Shown: positions 51,710 through 64,000 of the stretch, one piece after another
Position numbering within the stretch: the stretch's first letter is position 1
Layout of the letters: the number at the start of each line of letters is the position of its first letter
Origin: an uncultured Actinomycetes bacterium
GTDB lineage: Bacteria; Actinomycetota; Coriobacteriia; Anaerosomatales; CAVRZR01
Assembly (NCBI GenBank): GCA_963809535.1
Contig: CAWEJW010000001.1
Location: 553,354-617,353, forward strand
Length of the DNA: 64,000 nt
Direction of reading: 5' to 3'
Made by a program: the position numbers and the translations under genes
Notes under the pieces: generated by a model
The model's input: only the letters and a program-made list of their open reading frames with translations
The model's database searches: none
Told to the model about the DNA's origin: nothing

Positions 51710-54142
51710 GTGGAGCCAGAGACGACATCGGCCGTCCCCGAACTGCTTGCTCCCGCTGGAGGGCCTGACGCCTTCCGCGCAGCAGTGAACAATGGGGCGG
51801 ACGCCGTGTATCTCGGCCTGGGCTCCTTGAACGCCCGCCGCGGTGCAGAGAACTTCAGCACGCGGACGCTGACCGATGCCTGCCGCTATGCCCATCTCCG
51901 CGGTGCGAAGGTCTACCTGACCGCGAACATCCTCGTCTTGCCGGACGAGATGGCGCAGGCGCTCGAACTGGTCGACGAGGCGTGGACAGCTGGCGTCGAT
52001 GCGGTGATCGTGCAGGACATCGGGCTCATGCGCGTGCTACGCCGAGTGATGCCGCACGTTCGGATCCACGCGTCGACTCAGATCAACGCGCACAACACGT
52101 CAACGATCCTGGAACTCGCACGATTGGGTGTGTCGCGTGTCACGCTCGCGCGCGAGGTGTCGATAGTCGAGATCTCACGGCTCGTCGCCGAGTCTCCAGT
52201 CGAGATCGAGTCCTTCGCTCATGGCGCGCTGTGCATGTGCTACTCGGGGCAGTGCCTCCTCTCGTCGCTCATCGGGGCCCGCTCCGCCAATCGTGGGATG
52301 TGCGCGCAGCCGTGCCGACTGGCGTACGACCTCATCGACGCGGAGGGAAGGGCGCTTGCCGCCGAAGGCAACCACCTGCTGTCGCCGAAGGACCTTGCGG
52401 CGATCGCGATGCTGCCTCAGCTCGTCGAGGCAGGAGTGGCTGCGCTCAAGATCGAGGGGCGGATGAAGAGCCCCGAGTACGTGGCGCTTGTCACGGGGGT
52501 ATACCGAGAGGCACTCGACAGGGCCGCCGCTACCGTCGAGTCGTTCGAGGTGCGTGAGGGCGAGCGGCGGGTGCTCGAGGAAGCATTCAGCCGCGGCTTC
52601 ACGGATGCCTATCTGCTGGGACAGCGTGGCAACTCGATGATGAGCTACCGCCGACCGAACAACCGGGGTGTGCCGGTCGGCCGCGTGGTGGGCGCGCGCG
52701 GCGATGTCGCGACCATCGTCTTCGAGACTGAGGTTGAGGCCGACGACACGATCGAGTTCTGGACCGCGAGCGGGCGATTCGCGCAACGCGTGGGCGAACT
52801 CGACTTCGGCGCCGGGCCGCACGTGACGGCACCCGGAGGCACGCGTGCGTCTGTACGGGTGCGCGAGACCGTCAGGACCGGCGACCGAGTGTTCCGCGTC
52901 GCGAACGCCTCGCTGCTGAAGGCGGCGCGGCGGACGTTCACGGCCAGTGCGGCAGGGCCGCCCCTCCCGTTGGTCTTCAAGGTGCGCGCGGTCATCGGCG
53001 GGCCACTCCGTATCGAGGTGCGGGACGGGAACGGGCGCGCTGGCCAGTCCGAAGGATCCATCGTCGAGAAGGCACGTACGAAGGCGCTCACCGCGGAAGA
53101 CGTGATGGAGCACGTCGGGCGCCTTGGCTCGACTCCGTATACGCCGGCCTCATGGGATATTGAGATCTCCCCCGGGGCCGGGCTCGGGTTCTCACAGCTG
53201 CATGCCGCACGACGCGAGGCGCTCGAGTCGTACGAGGGTCGAGTGCTGCGCGGATGGGCCGCGCGCAAGCTGAAACACCCTCGCTCTCCCAGCCGAACTC
53301 CGCGTGCTCCGCGCGCCGGCGCGGCAGCTGGCCGTCCGCGCGCGGCAGTGCTGGCAGCCACGGTCGAGGATGTCGATCGGGCAGGGGTCGCGCTCAAGGC
53401 GGGCGCGGACGAGGCGCACGTGCCCGTCTACTCGCTCTCGACGCCCGAGGCGCTGCCTGCCGGCGTTGTGCCGCTCATGCCGCGCGTCCTTCACGACCGG
53501 GAAGTCGTTCGCGCGTCGCGGTTCCTGCGAAACGCCGCGCGGGTTGTGGCTGGGAACCTCGGCATGCTGAGCGCCGCTCGAGGTGCAGGCGCCATTGCCG
53601 AGGCGCACTGGGGCCTCAATGCTGTCAATCCCTGGACGATCGACGCGCTTGCGCAACTCGGCGCAGGACTCGTGTGGTTGTCTCCGGAGCTGTCAGGGAC
53701 GCAGATCGCCACTCTCGCGGCTGACCCGAGCGTCGCGCTCGGCGTCGCCATCTACGGCCGACAGGAGGTGATGGTCACCGAGCACTGCATCTTGATGGCA
53801 GAGGGGGAGTGCGACGAGCGGTGTGCGACGTGCTCCAGGCGCGCCGGGACTCGATTCCTGAAGGACCGCAAGGGATACCGCTTTCCCGTCCTTACAGACA
53901 TCACGGGGAGGAGTCACTTGTACAACGCAGTGCCCCTCGACCTGGTCGCGGTCGTGCCGCAGCTTGTCGAAGCGGGGGTGCATGCGTTGAGACTCGACTT
54001 CACTACGGAGTCGCCTGATGAAGTGGCGCGGATCACGGAGCGCACGCGTCGCGTGATCCGCGAGGCGCGGCCAGGGGGATCCCTCGCAGAACCGCTCGTG
54101 CAGCCAGCGACCACCGGACACTACTTCCGGGGCGTGCGCTAG
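51710..54142 (+). CDS. U32-family peptidase (long, two-module form)
   Basis: PELLAPAGG.......V.NGADAVYLG........R..A.NF, and the U32 signature region E.F.HGALC..YSG.C.LSS......SANRG.C.Q.CR. Confidence 0.85.
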   Translation: MEPETTSAVPELLAPAGGPDAFRAAVNNGADAVYLGLGSLNARRGAENFSTRTLTDACRYAHLRGAKVYLTANILVLPDEMAQALELVDEAWTAGVDAVIVQDIGLMRVLRRVMPHVRIHASTQINAHNTSTILELARLGVSRVTLAREVSIVEISRLVAESPVEIESFAHGALCMCYSGQCLLSSLIGARSANRGMCAQPCRLAYDLIDAEGRALAAEGNHLLSPKDLAAIAMLPQLVEAGVAALKIEGRMKSPEYVALVTGVYREALDRAAATVESFEVREGERRVLEEAFSRGFTDAYLLGQRGNSMMSYRRPNNRGVPVGRVVGARGDVATIVFETEVEADDTIEFWTASGRFAQRVGELDFGAGPHVTAPGGTRASVRVRETVRTGDRVFRVANASLLKAARRTFTASAAGPPLPLVFKVRAVIGGPLRIEVRDGNGRAGQSEGSIVEKARTKALTAEDVMEHVGRLGSTPYTPASWDIEISPGAGLGFSQLHAARREALESYEGRVLRGWAARKLKHPRSPSRTPRAPRAGAAAGRPRAAVLAATVEDVDRAGVALKAGADEAHVPVYSLSTPEALPAGVVPLMPRVLHDREVVRASRFLRNAARVVAGNLGMLSAARGAGAIAEAHWGLNAVNPWTIDALAQLGAGLVWLSPELSGTQIATLAADPSVALGVAIYGRQEVMVTEHCILMAEGECDERCATCSRRAGTRFLKDRKGYRFPVLTDITGRSHLYNAVPLDLVAVVPQLVEAGVHALRLDFTTESPDEVARITERTRRVIREARPGGSLAEPLVQPATTGHYFRGVR

Positions 54143-54263
54143 GCGCCTTCTGCGGCTGGGGCTCGTGCTAGTATGGCACGCGAAATCCGCACGCCCCGAC
54201 GCGCCCGCTGGGCGCCCTCAAGGCGCGTGTGAAGTCGGCGCGACCGCCCGGAGGAGGACAGCG

Positions 54264-55487
54264 GTGCTGCCCGTTGCGGACCAGCTTCACGTCATCGAAA
54301 GCGGCGTCGCCGACGTCGTGCCCCAGACCGACCTTGCGAAGAAGCTCGCGACTGGTCGATCGCTCACGATCAAGCTTGGAGTCGATCCCACGGCACCGGA
54401 CCTCCACCTCGGTCACGCCGTGCCACTGCGCAAGCTGCGGCAATTCCAGGACCTGGGTCACGAGGTCGTGCTCATCATCGGCGACTTCACCGCGCTCATC
54501 GGCGATCCCTCGGGGCGCAACTCGACCCGCCCGCCGCTTTCGCTTGAGCAGATCGAGCTCAACGCCCGCACCTACATCGATCAGGCCTTCCGCATTCTCG
54601 ATTCCACGCGGACAACGCTTCGGCGCAACTCAGAATGGCTATCGGAACTGGACTTCGAGGCGCTGCTGCGTTTGACCAGCCATTTCACCGTCGCCCGCAT
54701 CCTGGAGCGCGACGACTTCGCCCGGCGCTACACGAACCAGCAGTCGATATCGCTCCACGAGCTTCTGTATCCGATGGCTCAGGCCTACGACTCCGTCGTG
54801 ATCGAGGCCGACGTGGAGCTCGGTGGCACCGACCAGCTCTTCAACCTGCTTGCTGGGCGTGAGCTCATGGAGAAGATGGGAATGGAGCCGCAGGTCGCAT
54901 TGACGCTCCCGCTGCTCGAGGGCACCGATGGGGTCCAGAAGATGAGCAAGTCCTACGGGAACTACGTGGGACTCACGGACCCGCCACCTGACATGTTCGG
55001 CAAGGTCATGTCCATTCCCGACGGCCTCATAGTGAAGTACTTCCGCCTGTGTACGTCGGTTCCCATCGACGAGGTCGACTCGATCGAGGCTGGCCTCGCC
55101 GAGGAAGCGCTCCATCCCAACGAGGTGAAGCGCCGACTGGCCCGAGAGATCGTCGCCCTGTACCACGGCCGTGAGCAAGCGGTCGAGGCCGAGGCTGCCT
55201 TCGACAGGGTCTTCAAACAACACCAGACGCCTGAGGATGTGACGGATGTCTTGGTGGACCTGGGCGATGAGGTCTACCTGCCGGCTTTGCTGAACGAGAT
55301 CGGTCTCGTCACTTCGAACAACGAAGGTCGGCGGGCGATCGATGGCGGTGGGGTGAAGATAGACGGTGCCTCGGTTCCGTCGGGGGCCTATGACCTCCCT
55401 CGAGATAGTGTCGAGGGAAAGGTCGTGCAGGTCGGCAAACGGCGCTACGCCCGGCCGGTCCGTCGCGCTCCGGATGCGGGTTCCTGA
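54264..55487 (+). CDS. tyrS: tyrosine--tRNA ligase
   Basis: GTG 54264 follows GGAGGAGGA. GVDPTAPDLHLGH (HIGH motif), KMSKS and a C-terminal S4-like domain (EGRRAIDGGGVKIDG). Confidence 0.9.
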   Translation: MLPVADQLHVIESGVADVVPQTDLAKKLATGRSLTIKLGVDPTAPDLHLGHAVPLRKLRQFQDLGHEVVLIIGDFTALIGDPSGRNSTRPPLSLEQIELNARTYIDQAFRILDSTRTTLRRNSEWLSELDFEALLRLTSHFTVARILERDDFARRYTNQQSISLHELLYPMAQAYDSVVIEADVELGGTDQLFNLLAGRELMEKMGMEPQVALTLPLLEGTDGVQKMSKSYGNYVGLTDPPPDMFGKVMSIPDGLIVKYFRLCTSVPIDEVDSIEAGLAEEALHPNEVKRRLAREIVALYHGREQAVEAEAAFDRVFKQHQTPEDVTDVLVDLGDEVYLPALLNEIGLVTSNNEGRRAIDGGGVKIDGASVPSGAYDLPRDSVEGKVVQVGKRRYARPVRRAPDAGS

Positions 55488-55617
55488 ATTCGGCGATCAC
55501 TCCCATCGTCTGCTCGCGCGCGTGGGTATATAGAGTGAGCCGCAGGCGGGTCCGAGGGGCCGTTCAGGTGTGCGCGGAGGCCTGCGGGACGCGAGCAAGG
55601 AACTTCCGAAACGGTTG

Positions 55618-55646
55618 TTGACAGGGCGGGGATGAGTGCGTAGAGT
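55618..55646 (+). promoter_or_regulatory. candidate rRNA operon promoter
   Basis: TTGACA (55618-55623), 17 nt, TAGAGT (55641-55646), about 290 nt upstream of the 16S 5' end. Confidence 0.5.
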
Positions 55647-55934
55647 ATCTCCTCGCCGCCGAGCCACGGCTCGGGGGTCCGCGGCGGGCAAAAACGCAGG
55701 AAAACGCATGAAAGTCTGCCGCATCTGAACCTTGAAAACTGGATACTGTGACAAGCCAGTACGGTTCGCGAAAGCGAATCACACAAACCCGTCATGCCGA
55801 GAGGGTCAACAACAGACCAAACCGGCTGACTGATTTCGATCCAAACCGCGTCGGCCTCCTTACCGGCGCAGGTGGATCACTCCGGATACGAACCGGACAA
55901 CCTTCGTAGAACACAGACCTCGGTCTGTGATCAT

Positions 55935-57452
<1,518 letters not shown>

Positions 57453-57676
57453 GGGAGTTCACGGTGCGCGTCTCTTCGGAGACCGCGCGGTGCCCGGTCG
57501 AGCTTCTGCTCCCGGGGACCTAGAACCAAACGTTGATCTGGTTTCTCGGCGTCCATTTCGGACGCGTCACAGTATCCGGTTTCCAGGGTTCAGTCCCTGA
57601 AGCGCGCGCCCTCCAGGGGCGCGTCTGCACCTTGAGAGCTGCATAGCGCAAGATCGAGAGAACGAATAGTACATAG

Positions 57677-60682
<3,006 letters not shown>

Positions 60683-60791
60683 TATTCCGACTCTCTTTCG
60701 AGCGCTATGCAGCACTCAGGGTGCAGATGCACCCGGTGTGGCATTTGACAAGGTGATAAGACACAAGCAACGAGCGAGAGCCGTTGGTTGT

Positions 60792-60908
60792 GTTCAGTGG
60801 TTATGGCGGAGGGGGTACACCCGATCCCATTCCGAACTCGGCAGTTAAGCCCTCCAGCGCCGATGGTACTGCGGCGTCAGGCCGTGGGAGAGTAGGACGC
60901 CGCTGAAC
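60792..60908 (+). rRNA. rrf: 5S ribosomal RNA
   Basis: GTTCAGTGG...CCCGATCCCATTCCGAACTCGGCAGTTAAGCC...GGGAGAGTAGGACGCCGCTGAAC. Flanked by the processing stem GAGCCGTTGGTTGTG / CACAACCAACGGCTC. Confidence 0.9.
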
Positions 60909-61061
60909 ACAACCAACGGCTCTTGTTGCGTTCGGGGCAGGGAATAGCGAGGCTGGCTGACAACCCCTTTGTCAAAGATGACAAATCTGGTAGGATTTCT
61001 GGTACGATTCGTGCAAGTAGGGAAATAGACGGTTTCGCGATCACGTGTGCTACTGAATCAG

Positions 61062-61304
61062 ATGCTCGAGGAAGGAAACCCCGTGAAGGAAGAGGTCCAG
61101 GCGGTTCTCGATCAAATCCGTCCCGCGCTGCAGGCCGACGGAGGCGATGTTGAGCTCGTCGACGTCACCGACGACGGCATCGTGAAGGTCCATCTTGTCG
61201 GTGCCTGTGCGGGATGTCCGATGTCACAGCTCACGCTGAGCAACGGCGTGGAGCGTGTGCTGAAGGAGCAGATCCCGACCGTAACTCGCGTCGAGCCGGT
61301 CTAG
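61062..61304 (+). CDS. NifU C-terminal-domain (Nfu-type) Fe-S cluster protein
   Basis: V..VLD.IRPALQADGGDVELVDV.DDGIVKV.L.GACAGCPMSQLTL..GVER.LKE.IP. Start is ATG 61062 or GTG 61083. Confidence 0.8.
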   Translation: MLEEGNPVKEEVQAVLDQIRPALQADGGDVELVDVTDDGIVKVHLVGACAGCPMSQLTLSNGVERVLKEQIPTVTRVEPV

Positions 61305-61348
61305 CCGGCTCCAATTGCGGGAGAGAATCCCGCTGCTCGGAAGCGTAG

Positions 61349-61386
61349 AGAGCGCCGCCCATGACGGGCGGCGCTCTTCTGTTTGT
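61349..61386 (+). terminator. rho-independent terminator
   Basis: Perfect 12-bp stem AGAGCGCCGCCC-atgac-GGGCGGCGCTCT followed by TCTGTTTGT. Confidence 0.75.
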
Positions 61387-61501
61387 GAACTCGATGCACA
61401 CGGCCTCGCAGGATCCACGCGTACCGGTCTGCTGGGAGGCCGGAGACGCCGACGAGCGGACAATCACGCCGTTCGTCACATCCGCTCGCGTTGCTGTTGA
61501 C

Positions 61502-61548
61502 GCACTAGATATGGACACATAGACTGAACGAGCCGCAATATGTTGTAT
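61502..61548 (+). promoter_or_regulatory. tandem NrdR-box-like operators overlapping the nrdJ promoter
   Basis: GCACTAGATATGGACA (61502-61517) and CCGCAATATGTTGTAT (61533-61548) match the acaCwAtATaTwGtgt consensus at about 10/16 and 12/16. Centres are 31 bp apart. TTGACG (61496-61501), 18 nt, TAGACT. Confidence 0.55.
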
Positions 61549-61611
61549 CCAGAAGCTTCCGGCCTCGACGCAAGGCCGACAGTCCGACCAGTGGGAGAGG
61601 GGACCCCATCG

Positions 61612-63909
61612 ATGCCTGAGACCGCAGGCAAGACCGGCTACTCACGCGCCATTGACGAGATTCTGAGCCCGAATTCGCTCAAGGTGCTGCAGAAGCGCTA
61701 CCTGTGCAAGGACGATGAGGGCAAGGCTGTCGAGAAGCCCTCGGACATGTTCATACGGGTAGCCGAGAACATCGCGTCCGCCGAGGGGGCGTTCGGCGCG
61801 GATGACACCCGTACAGCCGAGGTCGCACGGGACTTCTACGACCTCATGACGTCGCTCGAGTTTCTCCCCAACTCGCCGACGCTCATGAATGCCGGCAGGG
61901 AACTGCAGCAGCTCTCTGCGTGCTTCGTCCTTCCCGTGGAAGACTCGATGGAGTCGATCTTTGGGGCGGTGCGGGACACCGCTCTCATCCACAAGTCGGG
62001 GGGCGGCACGGGGTTCTCGTTCTCGCGACTGCGCCCCGCGGGCGATCAGGTGAGGTCCACGCAGGGCGTCTCGTCCGGGCCCGTCTCATTCATGCGCGTC
62101 TTCAACCAGGCGACCGAGGCCGTGAAGCAGGGTGGCACGCGTCGCGGCGCCAACATGGGCGTCCTTCGTATCGACCACCCGGATATCCTCGACTTCATCA
62201 AGTGCAAGGAATCGGGTGACTTCTCGAACTTCAACATCTCGGTCGCCCTGACCGAGGAGTTCGTTCAAGCCGTGAAGGCCGGCACCTCCTACGACTTGAA
62301 GAACCCGCGTGACCATGCAGTTGTCGGCCAACTCGACGCGAGAGACGTCTATGACCTCATCGTGGAGATGGCATGGGCGACCGGCGACCCGGGCATCATC
62401 TTCATCGACCGCATGAATCGCGACAATCCGACTCCGCGCCTTGGCGAGATCGAGTCGACCAACCCATGCGGGGAGCAGCCCCTGCTCCCGTACGAGGCGT
62501 GCAACCTCGGCTCTGTCAACCTCGCGCGGTTCGTGACGTTGCGTGATGGACGCCCCGAGGTCGACTGGGACTCTCTCGGCGACGTGGTTCACCGTTCTGT
62601 ACGCTTCCTCGACGATGTGATCGAAGTCAACCAGTACCCGCTCGAGAAGATCGCCGAGCTGGCGCGCGGCAACCGCAAGATCGGCCTCGGTGTCATGGGC
62701 TGGGCCGACATGCTCATCAAGATGGACGTCCCATACGACTCCGATGACGCGGTCGCGCTCGCCGAGAAGGTCATGGGCTTCGTCAATGCGGAAGCGCACG
62801 CCGCCTCCCGCAAGCTTGCGGCGGAGCGGGGACCGTTCCCGAACTTCGAGGGGTCCATCTACGACACACCCGAAGCCGGACCGATCCGCAACGCCACCGT
62901 CACGACGATCGCGCCCACCGGGACGCTCTCGATCATCGCGAATTCATCTTCCGGCGTGGAGCCCCTGTTCGCCGTCTCCTACGTCCGCACGGTGATGGAC
63001 AACGACCGCCTCATCGAGGTCAACCCGGCTTTCGAGGACATCGCTGTGAAGCAGGGCTTCTACAGCCGAGAGCTGATGCAACTCATTGCCGACCACGGTT
63101 CGGTGGACGGGATCGAGGAAGTGCCCCTAGAAGTCCAGCGCGTCTTCCGCACCGCGCACGACATAACGCCCCAATGGCACATACGTATGCAGGCCGCTTT
63201 CCAGAAGTCGACCGACAACGCTGTCTCCAAGACCGTCAACTTCCCGAATGACGCGACCGTCGAGGACGTGCGCCGAGTCTACGACCTTGCGTACGAACTC
63301 GGAGTGAAGGGCGTCACCATCTATCGCGACGGCTCCAAGGAAGGCCAGGTCCTGACGACCGGCAAGAGCGGGCAGCCGCAGGCAACGGCCGAGGAGGCCA
63401 CTCGCCACGGCGAGATCGAGCCGCGGCCGCGCCCGCAGGTCACCGTCGGCCGCACGGAGAAGGTGCAGACCGGGTGCGGCAACCTCTACGTCACGGTGAA
63501 CTGGGACGAGACCGGCATGTGCGAGGTCTTCACCTCGATGGGCAAGTCCGGCGGTTGCGCGGCTTCCCAGTCTGAAGCGCTCTCCCGTCTCATCTCTATG
63601 GCACTGCGCGCCGGCGTCGATCCTACGGCAGTCGTGAAGCAGCTGCGCGGCATCCGATGCCCGAGTCCTGCGTGGGCCGAGGGCGGCAAGGTGCTCTCAT
63701 GCGCCGACGCGGTTGGCATCGTGCTCGAGCACGCGGCTGGATACGAGCCGGGTACGACGATGACTCTCGGCGAGGGGTCGCTCGCGGTCACCAAGACCGG
63801 GGACAACCTCGACTACCTGTCCGGTGCATGTCCGGAATGCGGAAGCGCGCTCGAGCACGAGAGCGGCTGCGCAGTCTGCCGCGCGTGCGGCTACAGCAAG
63901 TGCGCGTGA
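61612..63909 (+). CDS. nrdJ: adenosylcobalamin-dependent (class II) ribonucleoside-diphosphate/triphosphate reductase
   Basis: LKVLQKRYL, PNSPTLMNAG, SACFVLPV.DSM, GGGTG.SFS.LRP.GD, NPCGEQPL and a C-terminal Zn ribbon CPECGS....SGC..C..CGYSKC. Confidence 0.9.
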   Translation: MPETAGKTGYSRAIDEILSPNSLKVLQKRYLCKDDEGKAVEKPSDMFIRVAENIASAEGAFGADDTRTAEVARDFYDLMTSLEFLPNSPTLMNAGRELQQLSACFVLPVEDSMESIFGAVRDTALIHKSGGGTGFSFSRLRPAGDQVRSTQGVSSGPVSFMRVFNQATEAVKQGGTRRGANMGVLRIDHPDILDFIKCKESGDFSNFNISVALTEEFVQAVKAGTSYDLKNPRDHAVVGQLDARDVYDLIVEMAWATGDPGIIFIDRMNRDNPTPRLGEIESTNPCGEQPLLPYEACNLGSVNLARFVTLRDGRPEVDWDSLGDVVHRSVRFLDDVIEVNQYPLEKIAELARGNRKIGLGVMGWADMLIKMDVPYDSDDAVALAEKVMGFVNAEAHAASRKLAAERGPFPNFEGSIYDTPEAGPIRNATVTTIAPTGTLSIIANSSSGVEPLFAVSYVRTVMDNDRLIEVNPAFEDIAVKQGFYSRELMQLIADHGSVDGIEEVPLEVQRVFRTAHDITPQWHIRMQAAFQKSTDNAVSKTVNFPNDATVEDVRRVYDLAYELGVKGVTIYRDGSKEGQVLTTGKSGQPQATAEEATRHGEIEPRPRPQVTVGRTEKVQTGCGNLYVTVNWDETGMCEVFTSMGKSGGCAASQSEALSRLISMALRAGVDPTAVVKQLRGIRCPSPAWAEGGKVLSCADAVGIVLEHAAGYEPGTTMTLGEGSLAVTKTGDNLDYLSGACPECGSALEHESGCAVCRACGYSKCA

Positions 63910-63915
63910 TCGAGC

Positions 63916-64000
63916 GTGGTGCTCTCGGACCGCAGCATCTTGCAGCTCGTCGCGGAGGGTCGCATCAGCATCGAGCCGTTCGATCCGGCTGATGTCCAAC
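63916..64000 (+). CDS. dcd: dCTP deaminase, 5' end only (runs off the window)
   Basis: VVLSDRSILQLVAEGRISIEPFDPADVQ matches the Dcd N-terminus (ILSD..I......G.I.I.PF....VQ). Confidence 0.7.
   Translation, partial: MVLSDRSILQLVAEGRISIEPFDPADVQ

Noticed and set aside
61387-61611. Cobalamin riboswitch upstream of the B12-dependent nrdJ
   Set aside because: I could not find the conserved B12-box or the typical GC-rich multi-stem core. The leader is better explained by a promoter plus NrdR-like boxes.

Overview
GC-rich bacterial chromosome segment with actinobacterial-type 16S rRNA and gene order. Core genes are tig-clpP-clpX, valS-folC, thrS, infC-rpmI-rplT, pheST, argCJBDFRGH, polX, a class A PBP, tyrS, one 16S-23S-5S operon with no spacer tRNA, nrdJ and the start of dcd. 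The clpX/valS junction is interrupted by a ~12 kb accessory block (about 9.16-21.12 kb). I read this block as a chromosomal integron-type cassette array. It starts with a 42-codon remnant of an IntI-type integrase N-terminus and a GTTAGGC site. About 16 attC-like imperfect palindromes follow, sharing a 5' arm GCCTAAC-AAGCGCATCGAGCGG and a 3' arm CCGCTCATGCGCA-CACGTTAGGC. They separate mostly single-ORF units: arr rifampin ADP-ribosyltransferase, YciI-like, a reversed PadR-DUF1048-ABC operon, AlkD-like, RibD_C/DHFR-like, ParE with a decayed antitoxin, MBL hydrolase, GNAT, lipoproteins and several orphans. Other points worth a second look: (1) three reading-frame disruptions within about 500 bp in valS and folC; (2) two halves of a tRNA-Lys(CUU) gene in inverted orientation around a 3 kb hxlR-ADH-DUF4386 segment; (3) a Phe T-box leader before pheS; (4) ARG-box-like and NrdR-box-like operators; (5) a probable AUC start for infC; (6) a TasA-like/SipW pair. 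Product calls rest on motif recognition by eye from the translated ORF track, since no searches were run. Coordinates of non-coding features were hand-counted and may be off by 1-2 nt.
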